Source: an uncultured Nitrospiraceae bacterium (GTDB lineage Bacteria; Nitrospirota; Nitrospiria; Nitrospirales; Nitrospiraceae). Taken from it: a stretch of DNA of 64,000 nucleotides. The notes below the pieces were generated by a model that was not told the DNA's origin, ran no database searches, and saw only the letters and a list, made by a program, of their open reading frames with translations. The stretch covers positions 896,001 through 960,000 of the forward strand of contig CAVPLT010000004.1 of the NCBI GenBank assembly GCA_963706325.1, read 5' to 3'. This document shows positions 1 to 9,270 of this stretch, piece after piece (position 1 is the first letter of the stretch; each line of letters opens with the position of its first letter). A program made the translations under genes and the position numbers.

Positions 1-315
1 TTTGTGCAATCCCCAGTGTATGAGCGGTTGCGACGGGCGACCGTCGTTGGGCGCGAAGTGCCCTTTCTCATGCCGTGGAACGAGGGCCGACAGGTGATGG
101 AAGGGGTCATCGACCTACTCTATCGATTGAATGGGGAACTCTGGATTGCCGACTACAAGACGGATATGATCCCGCTCGATCAGATTGCGGAGCGGGCGGA
201 ACGTTATCGGGAACAGGCACGACTTTATCGGATGGCGGTGGAGCAATCGCTGGGGTCACCCATTGCGGGATTTGAGTTCATATTCCTGCGGCACGGCACG
301 GCGGTGAGGTGGTGA
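1..315 (+). CDS. C-terminal PD-(D/E)XK nuclease domain of an AddA/UvrD-like helicase-nuclease (5' truncated by window edge)
   Basis: REVPF...GVIDLL...IADYKTD...Y-x-x-Q-x-x-x-Y motifs typical of RecB/AddA nuclease domains. Confidence 0.8.
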   Translation, partial: FVQSPVYERLRRATVVGREVPFLMPWNEGRQVMEGVIDLLYRLNGELWIADYKTDMIPLDQIAERAERYREQARLYRMAVEQSLGSPIAGFEFIFLRHGTAVRW

Positions 316-330
316 ACAAAGGAGGATGGG

Positions 331-735
331 ATGAAGTCTCTCGTATGGGCAACGGTGTTAACGATCGCGCTGGTCGGTTGTGCCGCTCGACAGAAGGCAG
401 AGATGCCGGCGCTCCACGCCCCGGCTGGAACCAGCGCCTTGGTGAGCCAACAGTTGGAACAGGGGAACCAGTTGTTCGCGCAGCATGATTGGACAGCTGC
501 CAAGCAGGTTTATCTTGCAACGATCCAAGCCGATTCGACCGTGGCGGAAGCCCACTACAACCTGGCCTTGGCGCTGGAGCGATTGGGCGAGAAGGCCGAG
601 GCGAGGAAACACTACGTTACCGCCGCCAATCTGGCGCCCGGCAATAAGGTCATCTGGGACGCTCCGCCGCTTCGAAAGTTCGATAATGACATGGGGTTGG
701 ACAAGAAGTCCTACATGGACGCCAAACCGCAATAG
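331..735 (+). CDS. Tetratricopeptide-repeat lipoprotein
   Basis: Lipobox LVGC; TPR-like AEAHYNLALALERLGEKAEARKHY; GGAGG RBS. Confidence 0.8.
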   Translation: MKSLVWATVLTIALVGCAARQKAEMPALHAPAGTSALVSQQLEQGNQLFAQHDWTAAKQVYLATIQADSTVAEAHYNLALALERLGEKAEARKHYVTAANLAPGNKVIWDAPPLRKFDNDMGLDKKSYMDAKPQ

Positions 736-757
736 CGGCAGTCGGGGTGTTTTCTCG

Positions 758-1606
758 TCAGCGCTGGAGGACCGATTTGGGTGTAGTCTCGATCGCGCGC
801 CTGCGTTGGCAGGCCATAGCCAGAATGATGGCTCCCGCCACAATCATGGGAATGCTCAGGAGCTGACCCATCGAGATCGTGCCGAAGACGAAGCCGATCT
901 GCGCGTCCGGCTCGCGAAAAAACTCGACCACGATCCTGCAAAAACCGTATCCAATCAGGAATGCACCGAAGACTGTCCCCGGTGGCGGGAACCGCCGGGT
1001 GATGAGCCAGAGCAGGGTAAAGAGTAACAGTCCCTCCAGCAACGCTTCGTAGAGCTGGGACGGATGGCGGCAGGCCAAGCCTCCCGCGGGGAATACCATG
1101 CACCAATCTACGTCGGTGGGGCGGCCATAGAGTTCGCCGTTGATGAAATTGCCAATTCGCCCCAGTCCCAGACCGACCGGGGTCACCCCGGCGGCGAGGT
1201 CGGCGATGGTGAGCACTGTTATACCCTGCCGTTTTGCAAAGAGCACCAGCGCCACGATGGTCCCGATCAAGCCACCATGAAACGACATGCCGCCTTCCCA
1301 GACGGCGAAAATCTTGAGTGGATTCTCCAAATAGTAGGACAAGTTATAAAACAGCACATAGCCCAGCCGACCGCCGGCGAAGACCCCGACCGCCGCATAG
1401 ACGATCATGTCGTAGACCTGATCCTTGTTCATCGGGAGCTTTTGCGCCCTGGCCCTCGCCGCGATAATAAAATAGGCCAGGGTGAGTCCAATCAGATACA
1501 TCAACCCGTACCATCGGAACTGCAATGGGCCTAATCGCAGGAAAACCGGATCGATATCGGGGTAGGGGATGGCGCGCGACCACGACAACATAGTAGGACT
1601 CCACAT
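758..1606 (-). CDS. lgt: Prolipoprotein diacylglyceryl transferase
   Basis: RWYGLMY, GGMSFHGG, GRIGNFINGELYGR, HPSQLYE and EFFREPD signature motifs. Confidence 0.97.
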   Translation of the reverse strand: MWSPTMLSWSRAIPYPDIDPVFLRLGPLQFRWYGLMYLIGLTLAYFIIAARARAQKLPMNKDQVYDMIVYAAVGVFAGGRLGYVLFYNLSYYLENPLKIFAVWEGGMSFHGGLIGTIVALVLFAKRQGITVLTIADLAAGVTPVGLGLGRIGNFINGELYGRPTDVDWCMVFPAGGLACRHPSQLYEALLEGLLLFTLLWLITRRFPPPGTVFGAFLIGYGFCRIVVEFFREPDAQIGFVFGTISMGQLLSIPMIVAGAIILAMACQRRRAIETTPKSVLQR

Positions 1607-1831
1607 AGTTTCGCGATCTTATGTGAGCAGAATCTGCATTGCAAGGTCGCCGGAGAAGCCGCGCGGGATAAGGGCTGGCAAGGGCTTCATGTTTTTCCCT
1701 ACGGCACCCTGTCGCTTTTCTGAAACGGTTGTCTCCTTCCATTGTTCACAAAACAGCACCCTTTGTGAGAAGTCTTTAACCTTTCGCTTCATAGGCGCAA
1801 GAATGTCCGGTCAATTCGTGTGTGGCCGCTG

Positions 1832-1847
1832 TGGCACGGTTGATGCT
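1832..1847 (+). promoter_or_regulatory. Putative sigma-54 (-24/-12) promoter of the YtxH-like gene
   Basis: TGGCAC-GGTTG-ATGCT, exact GG-N10-GC spacing, about 75 bp upstream of ATG 1923. Confidence 0.6.
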
Positions 1848-1922
1848 GTACTGTATGCAGCAGTAGCTCTCGCCGGAGTGAGTGGACCGTAAACCTTGTT
1901 GCACTAAAGGGAGGAATTCGCG

Positions 1923-2174
1923 ATGTCTACCAAGGGGCGTGAAGCGGCAAAGATTGCAGCGATCATCGGAGGCGGCGCAGTGGTAGGGGCGGCGCTGGGA
2001 TTACTCCTGGCTCCAAAGGCGGGGGCGGAAACCAGGCGGGATGTCGTCCGGTATGCCAAGCGGGCGCAAGTTCAAGCCACCCGCTTGAGCCGATCGGTGA
2101 AGAGCGGCGTGACGACAATGGTGGAGCGCAGCAAAGCCTTGGTCAAAAAAGACGACCATAAGGTGGCCGCGTAA
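1923..2174 (+). CDS. YtxH domain-containing protein
   Basis: GGGAVVGAALGLLLAPKAGAETR motif; GGAGG RBS. Confidence 0.85.
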   Translation: MSTKGREAAKIAAIIGGGAVVGAALGLLLAPKAGAETRRDVVRYAKRAQVQATRLSRSVKSGVTTMVERSKALVKKDDHKVAA

Positions 2175-2223
2175 GATTGGCCGAGTGTCTTCGATGTAAG
2201 TTCCGATAGCAGGATACTACGAT

Positions 2224-2247
2224 GGCCTGTCTCGCAAGAGACAGGCC
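2224..2247 (+). terminator. GC-rich hairpin downstream of the YtxH-like gene (possible terminator or stabiliser)
   Basis: GGCCTGTCTC-GCAA-GAGACAGGCC, a perfect 10-bp stem with a GNRA loop; no strong U-tract. Confidence 0.45.
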
Positions 2248-2407
2248 GTTGCCGTAGAGTAGGATAGATTGCACTGCAGTATGGGGGGATGGCGCAACGC
2301 TCCAAACTGATTTGACGCGAATGGCTTGAAAACTACTACCCACGCGTCAGTACAGACTCTCAAGATTCTGCCGCTACAGCTCCCGCCGATTCTTTCAGCC
2401 TTGACCA

Positions 2408-2436
2408 TTGACAGTCACAAGACCCGCTGATACCCT
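2408..2436 (+). promoter_or_regulatory. Putative sigma-70 promoter for tRNA-Leu
   Basis: TTGACA-17 bp-TACCCT about 70 bp upstream of the tRNA. Confidence 0.55.
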
Positions 2437-2506
2437 CGCGCCCCAGTAGCCAGCATAGGTTGATAGCCGCCGTTTGCCGTCGAACGGTTGCCGACTATGG
2501 CAAGGG

Positions 2507-2593
2507 GCGGGAGTGGCGGAATCGGCAGACGCCCAGGACTTAAAATCCTGTGTCTGAAAAGGCGTGCGGGTTCAAGTCCCGCCTCCCGCACCA
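2507..2593 (+). tRNA. tRNA-Leu (anticodon TAA)
   Basis: Acceptor GCGGGAG/CTCCCGC, D-arm TGGCGGAATCGGCAGACGC, anticodon stem CAGGA/TCCTG with loop CTTAAAA, long variable arm, T-loop TTCAAGT, encoded CCA. Confidence 0.97.
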
Positions 2594-2594
2594 A
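2530..2594 (+). repeat. attL, 65-bp direct repeat (3' part of tRNA-Leu)
   Basis: Identical to 24050-24114. Confidence 0.95.
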
Positions 2595-2597
2595 ACA

Positions 2598-2610
2598 TAT
2601 CAGTGAGTTA
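2598..2610 (+). promoter_or_regulatory. IHF-like binding site next to attL
   Basis: TATCAGTGAGTTA fits WATCARNNNNTTR. Confidence 0.5.
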
Positions 2611-2675
2611 GCCACGCGTCCCCCCGCCCTCCGCCTTTGTAAACGACACAATTGTCCCTTAAGTGTCCCGTACTT

Positions 2676-3470
2676 CTACTTGTTGGGCATAAAATGCCGC
2701 CAGTGGGCCACTCCAACGCGCAAGTCTCGATTGTCCACGATGCTGTACCGCCGAAACATAGACGGGGTCTTGTGTCCGAGCAAACTCATGCACACCGATT
2801 CCGGCACGCCCGCCTGTCGCAGTGATCGGGCCGAGCATCGGCGAAAGTCATGCACCCGTCGGCCAGCGAGTCCAGCCTTGTTCCGGGCATTGACCCACGC
2901 GGTTTTGTAACTCTTGATAGGACACACCGCCGTGCTCGTCACCCGATAAAACACCCAGGGAATCACGACTCCGCGTGTGCGCTGTAACTGTTGCGTGGCC
3001 TCCCAACGAGCCTGAAACAAGGCCAGCAACTCAGGAAATTGCCCAATAGGATATTCGCGCCCGTCTCCGTTTTTCGTAAAGCCAACGGGGAGGGTAATGA
3101 GCCCGGCCTTGAGGTCCACGTGCTTCCACTGGAGCGGCAACAGTTCAGATTGTGCACGCCATCCCATGAGATACGCCGCCGTCATGACCGGCTTGAGCGG
3201 TGCTGGCAAGCGGTCCACCAGCGCGTGAAACTCCTCCTCGCTGAACCATTCCGTGCGGATATTGTTCGGGACAATCGTCGGGAAACCCGGTGTAGGCACC
3301 TTCAGCAAACGGAAGGCATATTTCAGCACCCGCAACTCGTAGACGATCGTGGCATGGGCCCGACCCAGGGCCAGCCGTTCATCGACATACTCCAGGATAC
3401 GGCTATCGGTCATCGCACCAGTTTTCCAACCTGCAAATTTGACCGCGAGCGCCTGAAAGGCGTCCTGCAT
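2676..3470 (-). CDS. Tyrosine recombinase/integrase 1 (probably frameshifted near both termini)
   Basis: Catalytic R (GWRAQSE), K (TKNG), HDFRR, LGH and Y (FRRY). Frame continues upstream as LNDRASFDR to a stop at 3498-3500. Confidence 0.9.
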   Translation of the reverse strand: MQDAFQALAVKFAGWKTGAMTDSRILEYVDERLALGRAHATIVYELRVLKYAFRLLKVPTPGFPTIVPNNIRTEWFSEEEFHALVDRLPAPLKPVMTAAYLMGWRAQSELLPLQWKHVDLKAGLITLPVGFTKNGDGREYPIGQFPELLALFQARWEATQQLQRTRGVVIPWVFYRVTSTAVCPIKSYKTAWVNARNKAGLAGRRVHDFRRCSARSLRQAGVPESVCMSLLGHKTPSMFRRYSIVDNRDLRVGVAHWRHFMPNK

Positions 3471-3656
3471 TCGGTCGAACGAGGCGCGGTCGTTGAGTCA
3501 GCGCACGCACAAAATCCGGGGAGAGGTGATGTTTGCTGTTTGGCGGTGAGTGATTTACAGTTTCCATGCGCATGGGTTCCTTTCCGTGATTTTGAGCCGG
3601 TCGGGGAGTGTTCACCTCCTCGCCGGCCTTTTTTGTTAGATCGTGTCATTGCTTTA

Positions 3657-3860
3657 TCAGCCCGCTGTCACGCCATTCCTGAGCGCCTGCCGGACTTCTG
3701 TAATCGAGAACCGCAAGCCTCGGCCTTTCACCCCGACCTTGTAGGTAGGAATGCGGCCCGCCTTGACCATCTTGTAGAAAGTCGCTTTCGGCATCCCCTG
3801 CGCGCTCGCGCACACTTCCGCCTTAACCAGCGGTTCATCCCCAATTTGCTCCGGCTCCAT
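3657..3860 (-). CDS. Excisionase-like helix-turn-helix protein
   Basis: 67 aa; KATFYKMVKAGRIPTYKVG...LRF pattern; directly upstream of the integrase; GGAGG RBS. Confidence 0.8.
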   Translation of the reverse strand: MEPEQIGDEPLVKAEVCASAQGMPKATFYKMVKAGRIPTYKVGVKGRGLRFSITEVRQALRNGVTAG

Positions 3861-4140
3861 AAGTCCTCCTTGGTTCCTGCCCGTTCATCTTGTGGAACGC
3901 AGTGTTCCTCCGTGAGAGCATAAGGCGGAAAGGAAGCGGGAGTGTGTCATTGCCTAAACTGAAAAGGGAATCTGAAATTTTAGGCGACAGTCAGCGGAGG
4001 GGATTGGTATCAACGAGAAGAGGAGCTCTTGCCTTTTAATTTGGCGAGAAGCATAGAAGGATCATGTTGCGGGTCTCCTTCCTGGGGGGCGAACGCAATA
4101 TGAGGATCGTCCGGAGTTTCATTCAAGATGTCTGTTGATT

Positions 4141-4437
4141 TTAGTCGTGCATCAACAATCCCTTAGATCCTTTGATTATGGCGTCCCGCCATTGGGGATT
4201 CACGCCTTTTGCTCTTATTTCAGCATACTTGTACTCAGGATCGGCTAAATACGCATCGGGCTCCAGGCGGTCTAGAGCAGATTCATAGGTGGTTGCTCGG
4301 TAGTCGGCGCGCACTCGATTGACTGTGCTGAGCGATACCTTCAGGTCCTTGGCAATCTTTTCGACGGGATCCTTGAGGGCTATTCTTTTGGATATCGATC
4401 GAACCTGACGAATTGTGATCTTTGGGCCCTGCGGCAT
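4141..4437 (-). CDS. Small HTH DNA-binding protein
   Basis: VEKIAKDLKVSLSTVNRV helix-turn-helix; AGGAGG RBS before ATG 4437. Confidence 0.65.
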   Translation of the reverse strand: MPQGPKITIRQVRSISKRIALKDPVEKIAKDLKVSLSTVNRVRADYRATTYESALDRLEPDAYLADPEYKYAEIRAKGVNPQWRDAIIKGSKGLLMHD

Positions 4438-4474
4438 GTTCCCTCCTGTGGGGTCCTGGAAAGGGAGCATTATT

Positions 4475-4747
4475 TTAAAACCATTTTTTCACATTTGGTC
4501 GGCGATGAGGACAACCTGGCCAACAACATGGCCGGCGTTTACCCTTGATAAGGTCATTGCGAGTCCTCTCGATTCGGAGCCGACGCGTCTCCGGCTTTTT
4601 CGCCGAGGTAACCCAGCAAATCCACTCGTTACGTGCAAGCGGCGTAATATCCTTCCACGCAGCTTTAGCCGTAGGTGTTGAAGAAAGGACCTTGCGCAAG
4701 TCCATTGGCATTCTATGCAGTACGCCAGCACCGTTTTCTTTCTTCAT
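4475..4747 (-). CDS. YdeI/OmpD-associated (OmdA) family protein
   Basis: WKDITPLARNEWICWVTSAKKPETR...GKRRPCCWPGCPHR. Confidence 0.85.
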   Translation of the reverse strand: MKKENGAGVLHRMPMDLRKVLSSTPTAKAAWKDITPLARNEWICWVTSAKKPETRRLRIERTRNDLIKGKRRPCCWPGCPHRRPNVKKWF

Positions 4748-4975
4748 GAGATTAATTCTAAGGCGTTAACTCACTTCAAGGCAAAGTCTCTGAGGCTACC
4801 GGACTAACGGTGCCAATCTAAATCCAGCACGCGCGACCTTGAGGCTTTATCGGGTGAATGGACACGATGAAATTCGCGAACGACTTGGCACTGAGTCACC
4901 GAACAGCTGGGTTGTCCATCGTTCTCCTAGTTAGGACGGCACCTCACCGGGGCCCCTCGATCGCGTCCTGCTTAC

Positions 4976-5263
4976 GTGACACTCCACCGTGGTTTCAGAT
5001 ATCCTCAGCCCGTTATCCAATCAAAGCCGAAAGGTCAGGACGTGAAACAGTTGTTGGCCGGACTTCGCGTCATTCTGAACATCGTTGGCGGTCTTTGTTT
5101 GGCCCTTGCAGCGGTGATGTCCTTTACCGAATGCACCGGCGGTCAGGTCCGTGGTTCAGATGACCAGTATCATTATCTCTCGTTCATAGGCCTCATCGCT
5201 GGGGGAATCATCTGCATAGTGGGTGCAGGATTGCTCTCTGATAAGCTGAAGGAATTTCCTTAG
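4976..5263 (+). CDS. Small two-TM hypothetical membrane protein
   Basis: Two hydrophobic segments; stop abuts that of the convergent recombinase; start uncertain. Confidence 0.45.
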   Translation: MTLHRGFRYPQPVIQSKPKGQDVKQLLAGLRVILNIVGGLCLALAAVMSFTECTGGQVRGSDDQYHYLSFIGLIAGGIICIVGAGLLSDKLKEFP

Positions 5264-5265
5264 CC

Positions 5266-6399
5266 CTATCCCGACCACTCCATCCGGTCGCGTGCATCGT
5301 AGGCGGTCGGCTGAACTGCAGCCGGTGGCACTGGTATCGCCGCCTTCACCTCCGCACCTCCTCCGCCCAACAGAAATCGTGAGTGGTCCTGCACCGCGAG
5401 TTCCACCGTCTGAGGCATGGTTTGGCAGTACACGGCCGTATATTGAAAGTTGGAATGGGACAAAATCCTTATTGAGATCGTCCCCAGATTGACCCCACGA
5501 TTCATCATAATCGTGGCACAACTGCGACGCATATCGTAGAGCCACAGGTCATGAATGTTGATTCGCCGACAGACGCGCTGCCACGACTTATTGACAAGAT
5601 CGTAGGACACCGGACCTGGCCTGACGCGTCTGCAATGCGTCAAGTCGCCGGGGAATACCCAGTCCTCTGACAAGCGGTCCAGCTGCTGAAACCTCGTGAT
5701 CAGCTCAATGGGAAGGGGCATGATATGGCCGGCGCCTGTTTTCGTCGTAGGCTTGCTCCACCGGCCTCGCCACACCAGTACACCCTGCGCATTAGGCTCT
5801 TGCCAGAACTTAATGTCCTTCCATTTGGCTGCCAACGCCTCGCCAGGCCGACAGCCGCATACGAGCGTCAACAAAAAGATCAGCTGAAATTGCAGGGGCT
5901 CTTGGTCAATCGAGGCCAGCAGAAGCGGGAGTTCCTCATATTGCACAAAGCGCTTTCTGGCTTTATTGCCGGGAAACTTTTTCATGCCCACAACGGGATT
6001 GGCCGACTCAAACCATCCAAACTCAATCAGTTTGTTGTAAATGAGTTTTAGCTCGGCGAGGGACTCGTTCGCTTGCGCATGACTCTTGGTGCCTAATAAT
6101 TGGAACCATGGCGTGAGGGTGCGCCGAGTGATAGCGTTCGGATCCAGGTCGAGCAGTTCGGTAAATTTGCGCCGCAAGCGCGACACTCGATTTCGACAGT
6201 CCTTCACCGTGGACAGGTGATATCGGCGAAAGATCTCAAACCATTCCCGCAACCGCCAGGCCAACCGGCAGCGCTCCTGCATGACGGTATCCGTCACCAC
6301 AGGAAACCGCCGGCCCGCCAAGCAGTCCGCCTCATACTGGGCGCGATCGACTTTGGGATCGATCGTCGAGGGTCCAGGGAGTGTGCATGGCGCGTACAT
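5266..6399 (-). CDS. Tyrosine recombinase/integrase 2 (atypical YxxR box)
   Basis: GCRPGE, TKTG, YDMRR, LSH, AVY; core-binding-like ANESLAELKLIYNKLIEFG...NPV. Confidence 0.85.
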   Translation of the reverse strand: MYAPCTLPGPSTIDPKVDRAQYEADCLAGRRFPVVTDTVMQERCRLAWRLREWFEIFRRYHLSTVKDCRNRVSRLRRKFTELLDLDPNAITRRTLTPWFQLLGTKSHAQANESLAELKLIYNKLIEFGWFESANPVVGMKKFPGNKARKRFVQYEELPLLLASIDQEPLQFQLIFLLTLVCGCRPGEALAAKWKDIKFWQEPNAQGVLVWRGRWSKPTTKTGAGHIMPLPIELITRFQQLDRLSEDWVFPGDLTHCRRVRPGPVSYDLVNKSWQRVCRRINIHDLWLYDMRRSCATIMMNRGVNLGTISIRILSHSNFQYTAVYCQTMPQTVELAVQDHSRFLLGGGGAEVKAAIPVPPAAVQPTAYDARDRMEWSG

Positions 6400-6404
6400 G
6401 CTAC

Positions 6405-6698
6405 TTAGTTCAGGCTGTCCTCGGTCTGCTCTTCCTCAGCGGTGCATCTGGTCATCACTACTTTGACCAGGTAGGTATTTGGATTGGTCTCGCGCAAGCG
6501 CGTCAATTCATCCAGCGCTTCGGCTTTGGTGTCCGCAGTATGTCCGGTTGGATTAAACGGCCCGCCATAATAATGCTCGGTCGGGCGACATTTACTGCCT
6601 TGTTTGTGAAACCTGCTTACTTGCCTGTCAGTTTTGCCAGTAGACAAGTCTAGGGCCCACACATACAATTCTGTCACTAATATCATTGCCACCAACAC
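6405..6698 (-). CDS. Hypothetical protein
   Basis: ORF ends 5 bp before the recombinase 2 start, same strand. Confidence 0.4.
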   Translation of the reverse strand: MLVAMILVTELYVWALDLSTGKTDRQVSRFHKQGSKCRPTEHYYGGPFNPTGHTADTKAEALDELTRLRETNPNTYLVKVVMTRCTAEEEQTEDSLN

Positions 6699-6795
6699 AC
6701 TCTTCGACAGCCATGCCCGCCCTCAGCGGTCACGCGATTCAGGCATTCAATGTTCCGGATGCCGCAACTGAATAGCTTTGACAAGGAGAAGTTTC

Positions 6796-7374
6796 ATGAA
6801 CTGTATCCGTGTTTCTTCTGTTCCTTTGATTGTATTGGCTTGTGTGGTCGGATGCACAAACATCGACGTCAAAACAGATTACGATCACAACACGGACTTC
6901 ACTAGGATCCACACGTTTGCTTTTGCGGGCATGACCGATCTGAATCAGGACGGGCTTCTAAGCAATAGCCTGACACGTAAACGAGTCGAAACGGCTATCG
7001 CGCGGGAGCTCACGAAGAAGGAACTGAGACCGGTCAAGTTGGATCAGAAACCAGACGTATTAATCCACTATTGGCTGGGCATCAAGGACAAGGAAAATGT
7101 TCAGGCCATGGCCCCTATGATGACTCCCGCGGTGGGAGGTTACGGATGGCGAGGGAGCTATGGCTATGGGGCCGGATATAGCGGCGTGACCACCTATGAA
7201 TTCCGCGAAGGGACCTTGATCACGGATATGGTAGAACCTGTGAAGAATGAATTAGTGTGGCGTGCCACAGTCGTGGCAAACCTTGAAGATTCCGCATTGG
7301 AAAATATCGAGTTAACCAATAAAGCTATCCTAAAGGCATTTGAGGGGTATCCCCCAGCGGGCGCTCAGCGATGA
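6796..7374 (+). CDS. DUF4136 family lipoprotein
   Basis: Lipobox VVGC; DYDHNTDF; YEFREGTLITDMV...LVWRA...F-x-x-YPP; AGGAG RBS. Confidence 0.85.
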   Translation: MNCIRVSSVPLIVLACVVGCTNIDVKTDYDHNTDFTRIHTFAFAGMTDLNQDGLLSNSLTRKRVETAIARELTKKELRPVKLDQKPDVLIHYWLGIKDKENVQAMAPMMTPAVGGYGWRGSYGYGAGYSGVTTYEFREGTLITDMVEPVKNELVWRATVVANLEDSALENIELTNKAILKAFEGYPPAGAQR

Positions 7375-7448
7375 AATGGCCATCCGGCAAAAACGGTGAA
7401 GACACTCTCAGACAACCGTCCGAAGAACCTCCACCCACGAGGACTAGA

Positions 7449-8179
7449 ATGAACATGCTTGAGTTGGGAGGAAAAGGGCACAGTTGCCTTGTAATGATGG
7501 CGGCTGTTTTCCTGGCAATCATCATCTCCAGTGGACCTAAGAGTTCGTTTGCTGAGACCATTCAAGAAGCGGAGACCGTAATCCAGCAAGCAGGGTCGAC
7601 ATGGCAGGACTTCATGCAGGACCCAGATCTCTCCGGCTTCCGCAATCATATAAAGGGCGTGAAGGCACTCTTGATCGTGCCCAAACTCCTTAAGGGAGCG
7701 TTTATGTACGGCGTCGAGGGAGGGAATGGGGTGTTGTTCATCCGGGATGAAAAAACGGGAGCTTGGCCCAGCCGGCTTTTTATGAACTGTCCTCGTTGAG
7801 TTTTGGCCCCCAGGCGGGGATGGAGCCTTCAGAAGCCATCCTCGTGGTGCAGACACTCAAGGGGGTCGACGCATTAATGGCGCGTACCGTCAAATTGGGC
7901 GCTGACGCGTCTGCTGCCCTGGGTGGGCGTGGCGGCGGGATGGAAGGCTCTACCTCGAGGAATATGGGCAAAGATTTTGTCACCCACGCGCGGTCAAAAG
8001 GTACGTATGCAGGAGTGTCCGTGGACGGCGCTGTCATACGGACGAAGGATGATCTGAACCATGCCTATTATGGATCAGTCGTTAAGCCCAGCGACATCTT
8101 GCAGGTTCGAAAGGTCTCGGCAAATCCCCATTCAAAGAAGTTGTATGAGGCGGTCTCGACGGCCACTGGAGTGCATTAA
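7449..8179 (+). pseudogene. Lipid-binding SYLF (Ysc84-like) domain protein, one frameshift near 7767
   Basis: KGAFMYGVEGGNGVL...GAW | QPAFYEL...SFGPQAG...RSKGTYAGVSVDGAVI...N-x-x-YYG split over two frames. Confidence 0.8.
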
Positions 8180-8290
8180 TGAGGTTGATTGGCCACATGT
8201 ATCCTCTACGGCGCCTCAACACAAGAACGACCCCAGAAAGACACAGCAAGCTCGTTCCTACCAATTCCATCGCTGCGGAGGCTACTTCAC

Positions 8291-9181
8291 ATGATCCACC
8301 TAGTCTTGATCATAGTCGTCGCGTTCCTGCTGTCTATATATGAGCCAGCCGGATCGATCGATGCTCACGCTGAGGCAACCCTAGCCCCCATGAAGGTTCA
8401 GGGCGAGGTCGTGGATGTCGGAGCCGACCGCATCGTAGTGCAAACACCCAGGGCCAAATTCACTCTGAATAAAAGAACGACTCGGTTGAATGCCCATGTG
8501 GGCGACAAGGTCACGCTGTGGGTGACCTCCGGACAGGCGGTCATTGATCACCATCGGCAGGATACTGGCCGTCGGCATCGTTTCGTGACCGGGACGTTAC
8601 TGGACCCCGCATCGGCGGAGGAGGTCAAGCTGTGGACGCCGGATGGCCATAAGGTCTATTCCCTGGCGGCACATGAAGCCAAGACGGTCCGACTTCCGGA
8701 GGGGACGATGGTGACGGTGGAGATCGATGAAGCCGGCACCGTCGTGGATGTCCATTCTGTCGAGACGGAGCAGGCCGCCTGTGACACACGTCACCACTGC
8801 AAAGTCATGTTGCATGGGACCGTGAGGAAAATAGAAGACCGGATGATTTTCATCAAAACGCCGGTCGTGGAGTATGAGATCCCCGCGAACGTCGCCCCCA
8901 GCGTGGCGGCAGTCGGTGATGAGATGACCCTCTGGGTGTATGAAAACAGTGTGGTGCTCAATTACCATCAGGCTGGTGAATCGTTGTCTCGTCGCTTCGT
9001 GACCGGCACACTCAAGTATGAGGACGCCACAAAATCTCATATCCGTCTTTGGACTCCGGAGGGAGAGCAGACGTTCGCGCTTCCTCGGATAGACAAGGCC
9101 AACCATCTGCGGGAGGGCCAACTGATCACAGTGGAGGTCAGCGAGGCAGGAACGACACTGGATCTGTGGCAATCGTCCTAA
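8291..9181 (+). CDS. Exported protein with two ~120-aa internal repeats
   Basis: Signal peptide; repeated VGD-x-x-TLWV...RFVTGTL...LWTP(D/E)G...EG-x-x-x-TVE-x-x-EAGT. Confidence 0.75.
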   Translation: MIHLVLIIVVAFLLSIYEPAGSIDAHAEATLAPMKVQGEVVDVGADRIVVQTPRAKFTLNKRTTRLNAHVGDKVTLWVTSGQAVIDHHRQDTGRRHRFVTGTLLDPASAEEVKLWTPDGHKVYSLAAHEAKTVRLPEGTMVTVEIDEAGTVVDVHSVETEQAACDTRHHCKVMLHGTVRKIEDRMIFIKTPVVEYEIPANVAPSVAAVGDEMTLWVYENSVVLNYHQAGESLSRRFVTGTLKYEDATKSHIRLWTPEGEQTFALPRIDKANHLREGQLITVEVSEAGTTLDLWQSS

Positions 9182-9270
9182 GCGGAGGATCGCATCACCG
9201 CGTGCGACCGGTGAGCTGCCATGAAGTGATTCGCACGCGATTGCCCGACGAGTGAGGCGAAGAGGTAGGC

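Noticed and set aside
2991..3923. 310-aa plus-strand ORF and similar long antisense ORFs (e.g. 53252-54310, 34583-35317)
   Set aside because: They are shadows of well-supported opposite-strand genes in GC-rich DNA and have no motifs.
3952..3985. GCCTAAA-N20-TTTAGGC inverted repeat upstream of xis
   Set aside because: Only 7-bp arms with a long spacer; could be chance.
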